In this document: positions 48,300-64,000 of the stretch, one piece after another
Position numbering within the stretch: position 1 is the first letter of the stretch
How the letters are laid out: each line of letters begins with the position of its first letter
Assembly: GCF_009914755.1 (NCBI RefSeq)
Contig: NC_060943.1
Origin: the human T2T-CHM13v2.0 reference genome, Homo sapiens
DNA length: 64,000 bases
Strand: one strand, 5' to 3'
The notes under the pieces: generated by a model
What the model was told of the DNA's origin: nothing
The model's input: the letters and a program-made list of their open reading frames with translations, nothing else
Database searches by the model: none
Program-made: the position numbers and the translations under genes

Positions 48300-50170
48300 C
48301 AGAGGGGTGTCACCATCATACACCACCTCACACGGACCCGAGCCCCACACACCCGCTCCCGGCACCCTGCTCACGGCGAAGCCACACGTGTAGGCGCTTG
48401 CCTCTAAGTCCCTGCCCCCCTTCCTCTCCCAACTCCCACCCTCCACCTCCCACCCCCATTCCCGCCAGAAACCAGAAGCAACTGGCGGCCTCTGGTCCAG
48501 CCAGCAGGCGCATCCCTTCTCGTGGGTGGGGTAGGGGGGCGCTCCCTCTCTCCCTCTCTCCCCCCACCCCCCACCCCCGCCCCCAGCCCTCGATGTTCAA
48601 GGTCAAGGCAGCCAGCGCACGGGGTTGGGGGAAGGGTGGGGGAGGTCGCCCCGGCCCCTTTGTGCGACGCCGCGGGCGCTCGCCCTCCGCCTCCTCCACC
48701 AGGCCCGGGAGGAGGGGGAGGGGAGCGCCTCGCTCGCCTGCGGGGAGGGAGGGCGGGAGCGGCCGAGTGCCTGTCACTTGGAGCCCGCTGTCACCGCCTG
48801 GGAACGGGGGGTGGGGAGCGCTGGGACGTGGAGTCCGGGATCCCGAAGAGGAAGCAAGAGCGAGATGGAGAGGGGGAAGGGGAGGTGTGGAGAGCGCGAG
48901 GGATGGCAAGGAGAGGAGAGGGTCAGGAGGGGCCAGGCTCGGACCCAGGCTTCCGGATTCCCAGCCACCGGGCCCGGGAAGAGGCGAACGCTCGGAGGAC
49001 CGCGGCCAGGGAGAAAGGGAGGGAATCCCCGGAGACCGAGGGCGCTCCCGGCACCCCCTCCTGGGCAGCCGGTCCCCAAAGGGATCAGAGATGCTCCCGT
49101 TTGATGTGTATGCGCGGGGAGAGGGAGGGATGCCGCGGTCCAGACTGACGGCGGGTTCGGGGCTTCCAGTTCCCGGGATCCCGGGAGGAAAAAGGGGAGG
49201 CAGCGGGGATGGAACTGGGGACCCCCGACGTCTCAGCTCCCACCCTGCGGCCGCGAGGGCCGGGGTCCTCAGAGAAAGAAGGGGAAAGAGAGAAAGGCGC
49301 TTTGATGAGCGGAGAGCGGGTGATGGAAACCCTGGAGACCGAGGTCCGGACTTAGGTGTTCGAGCTTTCAGCCCCGGCCGGGGCAGGCCCGGCACCTCCG
49401 GAGACCCTGAGGGAGAGATGGAGGAGAGGGAAACCCCTACCCCCACTCTGGGTGGGGAAACGGCCTCCGCCACCCCCAGCCCGCGCCGCATTCCTTCACT
49501 GACAGCGACAAAGAAGAGGCGCCCCCGCGACCCTGGAGGGGCTCCCGCCCCCAACCCCAGGGGGCGACAGGGGGTGGGGACCCCCGGGGCAAGGGTTCGC
49601 GCTGGGGGCCCCCATTCAACTACGGTCCGCGCGCTGCGTCCCCCTCCTCAGCCCCAGGGCGGGCGGGGGAAGGGCTCCTGGTGGGGGGGTCTGGACAGGG
49701 GGCGGGGACGGCAGGGACACTCACGACTTGAGCGGGTTCTGAATGGCGGTGGCCATGGCCCGCTCGGCTGGGCCGCCTCCGGCCCGGGGCGCCGCTGCCG
49801 CCGCGCGCGGGCCCAGCCCGGCCTGCGCCGCCCGCTCTGCCGCCCAGCGCGCTACGATTTCATTCATTCTTGGGGCTGCGGCGCGAGCGGAGCGGGGCGG
49901 GCCGGGGGCGGGGCTCAGCCAATCCCCGCGCCTCCCAGCGCACGACGGGACGTGGAGTCTAGGGGCGCGCGGCGGCGCCCGAGGGCGCCCCTGCCCGGAC
50001 TACACGTCCCAGGGGGCGTCAGGAGGACCGCGCTCCCATTGGCTGCTGGGGATACAGGGAGGGGCGGGGCTCCCCCCAGAGCATCTTTCCTCCCTCCCTG
50101 GGAGTGCTCGGTCTCCAACTCGGGATCTCCACCCTCCAGGCACCGCGGGCGCGGAAGCAGGTGGTCCCTA
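48300..50170. promoter_or_regulatory. DPF1: CpG island / distal DPF1 promoter (CCAAT 49919-49923, GC boxes, GGACTACACGTCCCAG 49997-50012)
   Basis: Very high GC and CpG density, Alu-free, surrounds exon 1A. Confidence 0.85.
49725..49756 (-). CDS. DPF1: DPF1 distal alternative first coding exon (1A): MATAIQNPLK(S)
   Basis: GCCATGG Kozak and TC|GTGAGT donor, phase 2 matching exon 2; resembles the DPF3 N-terminus (MATVIHNPLKA). Confidence 0.88.
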
Positions 50171-50670
50171 GCTTCTAGATGTCCCCAGGGTATGTGGATG
50201 ACCCTAGGGTCTGTCGTGTATTCTTGTCTAGGCCTATTTGGGTGTCTCTTCTATGTCGGACAGCCTGTGAACAAGCACAGGGGTTAATCAGTGCCTTTGT
50301 TCATTTACTGAGTGCCTGCTGTGTTCCAGGAACTCTTCTAGGCACTGGGGATACAGCAATGACCAAAACAAAGTTGCCGCTCTCAAGGAGCTGACATTCT
50401 AGTGGAGAAAGACAGATAATAAGAAAATAAATAGATAAAATCATTTCAGACAGTGAAAGGTGCTATAAAGAAAAGAAAATGGGGCCAGTCGTGGTTGCTC
50501 ATCACTTTGGGAGGCCTGTAATCCCATCACTTTGGGAGGCCAAGGCAGGTGGATCATCTGAGCTTAGGAGTTCAAGACCAATATGGGCAACATGGCGAAA
50601 CCCCGTCTCTACCCAAAATACAAAAAATTAGCTGGGTGTGGTGGTGCATGCCTGTAGTCCCAGCTACTCA

Positions 50671-50853
<183 letters not shown>

Positions 50854-51681
50854 CTATAATCCCAGCACTTTGGGAGCCTGAGGCAGGAGGATTGCTTGAG
50901 CCCCATAGCACAAGACCAGCCTGGGCAACATAGTGAGATCCCATCTCTGCAAAAAGTTTAAAAATTATCTGGGTGTGGTGATGCATGTCTGGAGTCTCAG
51001 CTACTCAGGAGGCTGAGGCAAGAAGATCACTTGAGCCTGAAAGTTGGAGGCAGTAGTGAGCTCCAGCCTGGACAACAGAGAGAGTCTCCGTCAAAAGCAA
51101 GAAAGCAAGCAAGCAAGCAAGAGAAAGAAAGAAAAAGAAAGAAAAGAAGAAAATAAAATAGATTCAGCAGAACACAGATTCCAGAAAGAAAAAAGAAGCA
51201 AATAAAAGATAATTTTAAAAAAAGAAAACAGATTGATTTGAAGGAGTGAAGAAGTGGCTTCTCTGAAGAGATGACATTTGAGCTAAGGTCTAGAAGTTGC
51301 CAGCATGCACTAAGAAGCATGTCTAGGCACAGGATCACCAAGTGCAAATGCCCTGGGCTGGGAACAAGTGTGGCATGTTCAAAGATCAGGAAGCAATTGA
51401 GTGTGACTGGAGCAGAGTGAGCAGGGGGAGACAGCCTGGGGAGAGAGCAAGGACCCGGCTCATGTAGTACCTTGTAGGTCATTATAAAGAAAATGGATTT
51501 TGTTCTAAGTGCAATCAATCATCCTGAACTCTCCTTCTCCTCTTCTTTTTCGCACACACACTCCAAGCCCATCGGCAAATTCTGTTGTCTCTACATTCAA
51601 AACATATCCAGATTCCACCCACTCTCTGCACTTCATGGCCTGCACCCCAGTCCTGTCCATCATTGTCTGCTGCCTGGACTA

Positions 51682-52048
<367 letters not shown>

Positions 52049-53001
52049 CTAATAATAATAATGATTAATTAATTAAGCATATATCTGCATCCAACCACTC
52101 TCTGGCTCAAACCTCCAGCGGCTTCTTTCATAATTTGAATAAAATGCAAAGCCCTCGCTACGCCCTCCTCCATCCCTCCTCAACCCTCATCACATTTCTG
52201 GCCTCTTTCACCTCCTTCCTTCCCTTGGCTAACTTCACTCCAGCCCCACTAGCTTCCTCCCTATTTCTGGAACATTCCAATCCCACTCCAGCCACAGGAC
52301 CTTTGCACCTCTGCCTAGAGTGCTCCTCCCACAGACACCTGCCTCACTCCATCCCGCACTTCATTCAGGTCTCCGGTTAAATGCCACCTCCTCAGACACA
52401 ACCCTAGCTAAAATTGCAGCCCCTAGCCTCCTGCCTCAGCCTCCCAAAGTGCTGGGGTTACAGGCGCGAGCCACAACACCCAGCCAAAATTATGAATAAA
52501 TAAATGTATTGGCCAGGTGCAGTTTGCTCATGTTTGTAATCCTAGCACTTTGGGAGCCCGAGGCGGGTGGATCACCTGAAGTTAAGAGTTAGGGACCAAC
52601 TGGCCAACACAGTGAAACCCCAGCTCTACTAAAAATACAAAAATAAGCCAGGTGTGGTGGCACGTGCCTGTAATCCCAGCCACTCAAGAGGCTGAGGCAA
52701 GAGAATCACTTGAACCCAGGGGGCGGAGGTTGCAGTGAGTCGAGATTGTGCCACTTCACTCCAGCCTGGGCAAAAGAGCAAAAAACTCCATCTCAAAATA
52801 AAATAATAAAATAAAATAAATGTATCAATTAGTCATGCTCCATGCCTCTCCCCAGTGTCCAAAAGCATGCACCCAGCATGAAGAGAATCAGGTGGGATCC
52901 AGGCTCTGCCCTACCCCATATGGACACTTGGACAACCTGAAGTGAGGGGCAAATTTGGGGCCTTTTTTAAGGAAAAGTGCCCAGCACAGCATCTGGACCT
53001 A

Positions 53002-53358
<357 letters not shown>

Positions 53359-53489
53359 TCATTTCTAGAGAACGATGATGGTCTCCATCCCTCTGTGGAT
53401 GTGCTGGGGACACAGCAGCAAATAAGATGGCCCCAGACTTTGCCTTAAGCTTGGAGTCCAGAAGAGTAACAGACTCATCACCAGACAGT

Positions 53490-53872
53490 GATGTCCAGAG
53501 GGGTCCAGGTGGGGTTAGGGGACACAGGCAGAGGGGTCGGGGCTGGGACAAGGGGGACACAGGCAGAGGGGTCTGGGCCAGGATTGGGGAGCACAGGCAG
53601 AGGGGTTGGGTTTGGGACAAGGGGGACTCAGGCAGAGGGGCCCAGGTGGGATGGGGAGCACAGACAGAGGGGTCCAGGTGGGATGGGGAGCACAGGCGGA
53701 GGGGTCGGAGCTGGGACAAGGGGGACACAGGCAGAGGGGTCCGGGCCGGGATTGGGGGGCACAGGCAGAGGGGTCGGGGCTGGGACAAGGAGGACACAGG
53801 CAGAGGGGTCCGGGCAGGGATTGGGGGGCACAGGCAGAGGGGTCGGGGCTGGAGCGGGGGAGACACAGGGCA
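53490..53872 (+). repeat. G-rich minisatellite, 32-35-bp units with core CAGGCAGAGGGGTC, ~11-12 copies
   Basis: Core recurs at 53525, 53560, 53594, 53629, 53661, 53693, 53728, 53762, 53797, 53831 and 53866. Confidence 0.92.
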
Positions 53873-54137
53873 CTGTGGGAGCCCAGAGGCGGCTGTCTCC
53901 TGGCCTAGCCTGACAGTCAGGGATGCCTTCCTGGAGGAGAGGACACCCGGCCTGCATGTGAATCCTTTTGAGTCCTGACCCCCTGATCTACCCAGACACA
54001 GGGCAAGGTTCCTGCTCTGACCTCTTGGGGCCTTAATGCCTGATCTTCTTAATGCCCATCACTCAAGCTTTGAGGAACAAACCCTAAAAGTCTCAACCTG
54101 TGGTCACTTCTCCTAACCCTGGAACCCAAGGGTTTGC

Positions 54138-54151
54138 CCACCAGAGGGCGC
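54138..54151 (+). promoter_or_regulatory. CTCF core motif CCACCAGAGGGCGC
   Basis: Consensus CTCF core in a repeat-free stretch upstream of DPF1. Confidence 0.68.
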
Positions 54152-55057
54152 TGTGGCCCCAGTCTTTGTCCAGCAGAGGCTGCTTCGGAAGCCTCAGATC
54201 CGGGAGACATCCTGCAGGCCATGGGGCTGCCCGCAGAGACACTGGGCCCCCAACCCTGAGCCTCAGACCCTGCCCAGGACCTGGTCACCAGGGTATCTCC
54301 CTCTCCTTCTCTCTCTCACACACACACGCCTCTAATCCAAGGTTCCGGTGGACCTGGAATCACAGAAAACTCTGCCCCATACCCACTGGGTCCAGCTTTG
54401 GCCTCTGAAGGAAATGCAACTGCTAACAGCCACTTCTCCCCTCTCCTGCCCGCTACAATTCAGAGGAAGCCTTCCCTAAGTGGCCCTTGGGATGTTCAGA
54501 TGTACCTTTCAGAAGTTTCCTGCCCAGGCCCAGTGCGGTGGCTCACGCCTGTAACCCCAGCACTTTGGGAGGCGGAGGCAGGCGGATCACCTGAGGTCAG
54601 GAGTGCAAGACCAGCCTGGCCAACATGGTGAAACCCTGTCTCTACTAAAAGTACAAAAAATAACTGGCTGAGCATGGTGGCAGGTGCCTGTAATCCCAGC
54701 TACTCAGGAGGTTGAGGTAGGATAATAGCTTGAACCCAGGAGGCAGACACTGCAGTGGGCTGAGATCATGCCACCTGCACTCCAGCCTGGGCAACAAGAG
54801 TGAGACCCTGTATCAAAAAAAAAAAAAAAAAAAAAGTTTCCTGCCCAGATGGGGATGCTGAGGCGCAGAAGAGGTGGGGCTGGGGGGCCATGCAGTATCA
54901 GGGCAGCAACAGTAATAATCGTAACAGCAAATAAAGACTCATTGGTTCAGCTCCTCCTGAGTCAGGACCTGTACTGAGCTTTAACAAGCTACACACATCA
55001 CTGAATCATACAGACCACACTTGGGAAGCAGGCACCCAAATGTCAGCAATGAGCTGA

Positions 55058-55363
<306 letters not shown>

Positions 55364-55837
55364 TGACTAATTTTTGTATTTTTAGTAGAGATGGGGTCTC
55401 ACCATGTTGGGCAAGCTGATCTCGAACTCCTGACCTCAAATGATCCACCCACCTCGGCCTGCCAAAGGGCTGGGATTACAGGCATGAGCCACCGTGCCTG
55501 GCCAGGAGGATTGTTTGAGCCCAGGAGTTTGAGACCAGACAAGGCAACATAGTGAGACCCCATCTCTACAAAAGATTAAAAATAAATTAGCCAAGTGTGG
55601 TGAGGGGCACTTATACTCCCAGCTATTCAGGAGGCTGAGGCAGGAGGATCACTGGAGCCCAGCCTGGGCTTCTGAAGGAGACATGACTGCTAAGGTCGAG
55701 GCAGTAGTGAGCTATGATTGTGCCACTGCACTCCAGCCTGGGGTGCTGAGGGAGACTTGACACAGACAGGAGAGTGAGACTCTGGCTCAAAAAAAAAATA
55801 AGAAAGAAAGATATATCAGGCTGGGAGCGGTGGCTCA

Positions 55838-56263
<426 letters not shown>

Positions 56264-56646
56264 TCAGAGGGGAGGGGGAGCAACAGTGTGGGTATGAGAA
56301 AGGGATGGGAAGTAAGAGAATGTGGCTGTTATATGACCACCAAAGTGGTGGCCTAAAACAACAGAAATGGGCGGGCAAGGGTCATGCCTGGAATCCCAGC
56401 ACTTTGGGAGGCCGAGGAGGGCAGATCACTTGAGGTCAGGAGATCAAGACCAGCCTGGCCAACATGGTGAAACCCCGTCTCTACTAAAAATACAAAAATT
56501 ATCTGGGTGTGGTAATGCATGTCTGCAGTCTCAGCTACTCAGGAGGCTGAGGCAAGAAGATCACTTGAGCCTGAAAGTTGGAAGCAGTAGTGAGCTATGA
56601 TCACACCACTGCACTGCAGCCTGGACAACAGAGAGAGTCTCTCTCT

Positions 56647-56677
<31 letters not shown>

Positions 56678-56710
56678 AGAAGAAATAGGTTCAGCAGAAC
56701 ACAGATTCTA

Positions 56711-56899
<189 letters not shown>

Positions 56900-57363
56900 T
56901 CAAAAAAAACAAAAACAAAAACAAAAACAAAACAAAACAAAGCAAAATAAACAGAAATGTATTCTCTCACAGCGTAGAGGCCAGAAGTCCAAAGTCAGTG
57001 TCACTGGGCTGAAAGCAAGGTGTGGGCAGGGCTGTGTTCCTTTGGGAGGCTCTGGGGGAAAATCTGTTCCTCTCCAATTCCAGCTTATGGGGGCTGCTGG
57101 CAGTCCTGGGCTTGGCCACATCACGCCAGTCTTCAAGGCCAGCATCTCCACATCTCTGCTCTGCCTACACAGCACCTTCTGTCTATGTCAAGTCTCCCTC
57201 TGCCTCCCTCTTAAAGGGCACATGTGATCATTTTTGGAACCCACCTAGATAATTCAGGAGAATCTACCTCCCCTCAGGTCCCCCTTCTTTTTTTGAGACA
57301 AAGTCTCACTCTGTCACCCAGGCTGGAGTGCTGTGGCACCATCATAGTTCACTACAGGCTTGA

Positions 57364-57725
<362 letters not shown>

Positions 57726-58568
57726 TGAGCCACCAAACCCAGCTTTTTTTTTTTTTTTTTTTTTTTTTGGAGAGAGAGTGTCTCATTTTGTTGCCCGGGC
57801 TGGTTCAAACTCCTGGGCTCAAGTGATCCTCCCACCTCAGCCTCCCAACACCCTGCGATTACAGGCATGAGCTACCGCACCCAGCCAGATCCCCATGTTA
57901 AGATGCTTAACTCAATCTCATCTGCAAAGACTCTTTTTCCTTCTACGGAACTAGGATCTCTTTGGGGAGGCATGATTCTGCCTCCCTCAGCAGAGTGGAC
58001 AGAATCTGAGGGTGGATAATTTACAAATCTGACTGTGGAGTGTCAAGAATGAGGATGATGCCAGGGTCTGTAACCAGAGCAATCAGAGGCCCCTGAGACG
58101 GGGCCGCATGAGAAAGGGGCAGGTTAGGGAGAGGCCAGGAGATCCAGAGGTGTTGGGTCTGAGATGCGCATCAGACATCCAAGTGTTGTTGCTGGGTGAG
58201 TCTGAAGGTCAGAGAAGAGGTCAGGCTGGAGAGAATTTTGGAAGACCATTGATGGTACCTAAAGTCATCTTCTCCATGCAGGCATTCTCCCCAGGGGAGC
58301 TCACTCAGCCTTCTCACTTTAGGTAACATCAACAGTCTTCCAAAAGTTGGAGACCCCGGCTGGCCAGCATTGACAGGAGAGAGAGTGAGGAGGAACCAGG
58401 TGAGAACGAGGCCGGAGACAGAGGAGGCAGGAGGTGAGAGGAGGCCAGAGACAGCGGCCCTGTAAAGAAAACATTCAGGCTGTTGGCCGGGCGCGGTGGC
58501 TCACGCCTGTAATCCCAGCACTTGGGGAGGCCAAGCGGGTGGATCACAAGGTCAGGAGTTCGAGACTA

Positions 58569-58871
<303 letters not shown>

Positions 58872-59160
58872 TCAAGATCAGCCTGAGCAATATATTGAGA
58901 CCCTCATCTCTACAACAAATAAGAAAATTAGCAGGGCATGGTGGTGCACGCCTGCAGCCCCAGCTACCGGGGAGGCTGAGGAGGGAGGATCACCTGAGCC
59001 TGGGAGGTCAAGGCTGCAGTGAGCCATGATCACGCCTTGCGCCACTACACTCCAGCCTAGGCGACAGAATGAGATTCTTTTAAAAAAATAAATATAAGGC
59101 CGGGAGTGGTGGCTCACACCTGTAATCCCAGCACTTCGGGAGGCCAAGGCAGATGGTTCA

Positions 59161-59502
<342 letters not shown>

Positions 59503-59505
59503 TCA

Positions 59506-59812
<307 letters not shown>

Positions 59813-59828
59813 CTAGGTGGGTGGATCA

Positions 59829-60044
<216 letters not shown>

Positions 60045-61222
60045 TCAAAAGAAAAAAGAAAGAAAGAAAGCATTCAGGGGAGTGGGAGCCAGTGTTGCAC
60101 CGGATGTAGCTGAGAGGTCAAGACAAGCAGGAGGTGTGATGTTGGACCCAACACCATGGGGACCCCGACAAGAGCATTTCCAGAGTAGGAACAGCAAGAT
60201 GTGAACATTTGATTGGAAATGGTGTAAGAGAGAACTGAGAACGTCTCTTGTGAGAAATTTTGCTGTAAAAGGAAACGGAGAAATGGGGCTGGAGCTGGAG
60301 GAAGTCCAGAGAGTTTTTGTTGTGATTTTGTTTTAATGTGGAAGAAGTGACGATGTGTCTGTGTGCCCGTGGGAATGAGTACGTGGGGGCTGGGGACCTG
60401 CTGGAGCAATGACCTTCAGGAAGCAAGAGAAAATGGGGAAAATAGGCCAGGCACGGTGGCTCAATTTGGGAGGCCGAGGTGGGCAGATCACTTCAGCCCA
60501 GGAGCTCGAGACCAGCCTGGGCAACATGGCAAAACCCCGTCTCTACAAAAAAAAAAAAAAAAAAAAAAAAGGTAGCCGGGCATGATGGCACGTGCCTGTA
60601 ATCCCAGCTACTACTTGGGAGGTTAAGGTGGGAGGATCATCTGAGCCCGAGGAGGTTGAGGTTTCAGGGAGCCATGATGGTGCCACTGCACTCCAGCCTG
60701 GGTGACAGAGACCCCATCTCAAAAAAGAAAAAAAAAAAAAAGAAAATGGGGGAAATCCCCAAGGGGGGTGACGTTAGAGACAGCTGATCCATCCCAACAG
60801 GACCCAAAAGCACTTACCAGCACAGAAGCCAGGAGGTGGGGCAGTCGGCAGGAGACGAGGGAATTAGGGTGTTCTCTTCTAGTGAAGCTTGTGAGCAAGG
60901 ATGGGGAAAGGAGAGAGACACACTTGGAACCCTCACTATGAGCAAGGGAGGTATGGAGCGTGGCTCCCACCCCAGTGGACGCCTGGAGGGGAGGGTCAGG
61001 AATTTAAAGTGAAAACTTGTGTTTCCTCCAACCATGCTAACCAATGAGGGCACACACTTGCAGAAGACAGAGAGTTGCCAGCACTTTGGGAGGCCTAGGG
61101 GGGCGGATCACCTGAGGTCAGGAGTTCGAGACCAGCCAGGACAATATGGCAAAACCCCATCTCTACTAAAAATACAAAAATTAGCCGGGCATGGTGGCAC
61201 ACGCTTGTAATCCAGCTACTTA

Positions 61223-61327
<105 letters not shown>

Positions 61328-61386
61328 TCAAAGAAAAAAAATACAAGGGGAAGGGAATGAGACACCACCTTTTGATGGGAGAGTGA

Positions 61387-61827
<441 letters not shown>

Positions 61828-61865
61828 TAGGGACACTTTAGTAGGATTATTTTTAAATTTTTTAA

Positions 61866-62156
<291 letters not shown>

Positions 62157-62450
62157 TGATCCACCCGCCTCGGCCTCCCAAAGTGCTGGGATTACAGGCG
62201 TGAGCCACCGCGCCTGGCATGGATAAGTTCTTTAGTGGTGACTTCTGAGATTTTAGTGCACTTGTCACTGGAAGAGTGTACACTGTATCCAGTATGTAGT
62301 CTTTATCCCTCACCACCTCCCAACCTTCCCTGCCCCAAGTCCCAGAGTCCATTATATCATTCTTATGCCATTGTGTCCTCATACCTTAGCTCCCGCTTAC
62401 AAGTGAGAACATACGGTTTGTGGTTTTCCATTCCTCAGTTACTTTACTTA

Positions 62451-62693
<243 letters not shown>

Positions 62694-63188
62694 TCACTGC
62701 AACCTCCGCCTCCTGGGTTCAAGCAATTCTCCTGCCTCAGCCTCCCAAGTAGCTGTGATTACAGGCATGCACCACTACACTCTGCTAATTTTTGTATTTT
62801 TACTAGACATGGGGTTTCACCATGTTGGTTAGGCTGGTCTCGATCGCCTAACCTCAGGTGATCCACCCGCCTCAGCCTCCCAAAGTTCATCTGGAATTTT
62901 GATGAAGATTGCTGTGGGCGGGCACAGTGGGCAGCAGCGAGACTTCGTCTAAGGAAAAAAAAATTAGGTGTGATGACACGTGCCTGTAGTCCTAGTTACT
63001 TGGGAGGCTGAGGTGGGAGGATCACCTGAGCTCAGGAGTTTGAGGGTGCAGTGAGCTATGATGGTTCCACTGCACTCCAGCCTGGGCAACAGAGTGAGAC
63101 CGTGTCTCAAAAAAAAGTTCTGCCCATCAACCAATGAGTGCATAAAGGAAATGTGGTACATATACAGCCGTTAAAAGGAATGAAATCA

Positions 63189-63787
<599 letters not shown>

Positions 63788-64000
63788 TCACGCTTGTAAT
63801 CCCAGCACTTTGGGAGGCCGAGGTGAGTGGATTACCTGACGTCAGGAGTTTGAGACCAGCCTGACTAATATGGTGAAATCCCGTCTCTACTAAAAATACA
63901 AAAATTAGCCAGGCATGGTGGCGCGTGTGTAGTCCCAGCTACTCAGGAGGCTGAGGCAGGAGAATCGCTTGAACCTGGGAGGTGGAAGTTGCAGTGAGCC

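Noticed and set aside
48328-49554. 408-aa minus-strand ORF in the CpG island
   Set aside because: Intronic P/G/S-rich translation expected from composition; no convincing splice link to DPF1.

Overview
Primate (human-like), GC-rich, very Alu-dense DNA holding two convergent protein-coding genes. I recognise the locus from the proteins as SIPA1L3-DPF1 (human chr19q13). On the + strand are the last seven coding exons of SIPA1L3 (SPAR3, a Rap-GAP; C-terminal region and coiled coil, stop at 26398), with a 3'UTR ending near AATAAA at 28509. On the - strand is the complete DPF1 gene (neuro-d4/BAF45B: Requiem domain, C2H2 finger, double PHD). It has two alternative coding first exons in separate CpG islands (~49.7 kb and ~44.3 kb), 11 downstream exons, a stop at 32221 and ATTAAA at 31189. 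All exon boundaries were checked by hand for GT-AG and phase. The rest is Alu, L1, L2, MIR and MLT1 sequence, one 7SL pseudogene and several tandem repeats. Most of the supplied ORF track is spurious. The most unusual observations are: a degenerate 31-bp-periodic array of RFX X-box-like motifs across DPF1 intron 9, plus a perfect X-box palindrome in intron 7; apparently duplicated DPF1 promoter/first-exon cassettes with a triple-ATG module and a 129-codon overlapping ORF; an Alu-left-arm/7SL chimera; a ~640-bp inversion; and a ~290-bp templated insertion. None of these is demonstrated function; all are sequence-derived hypotheses.
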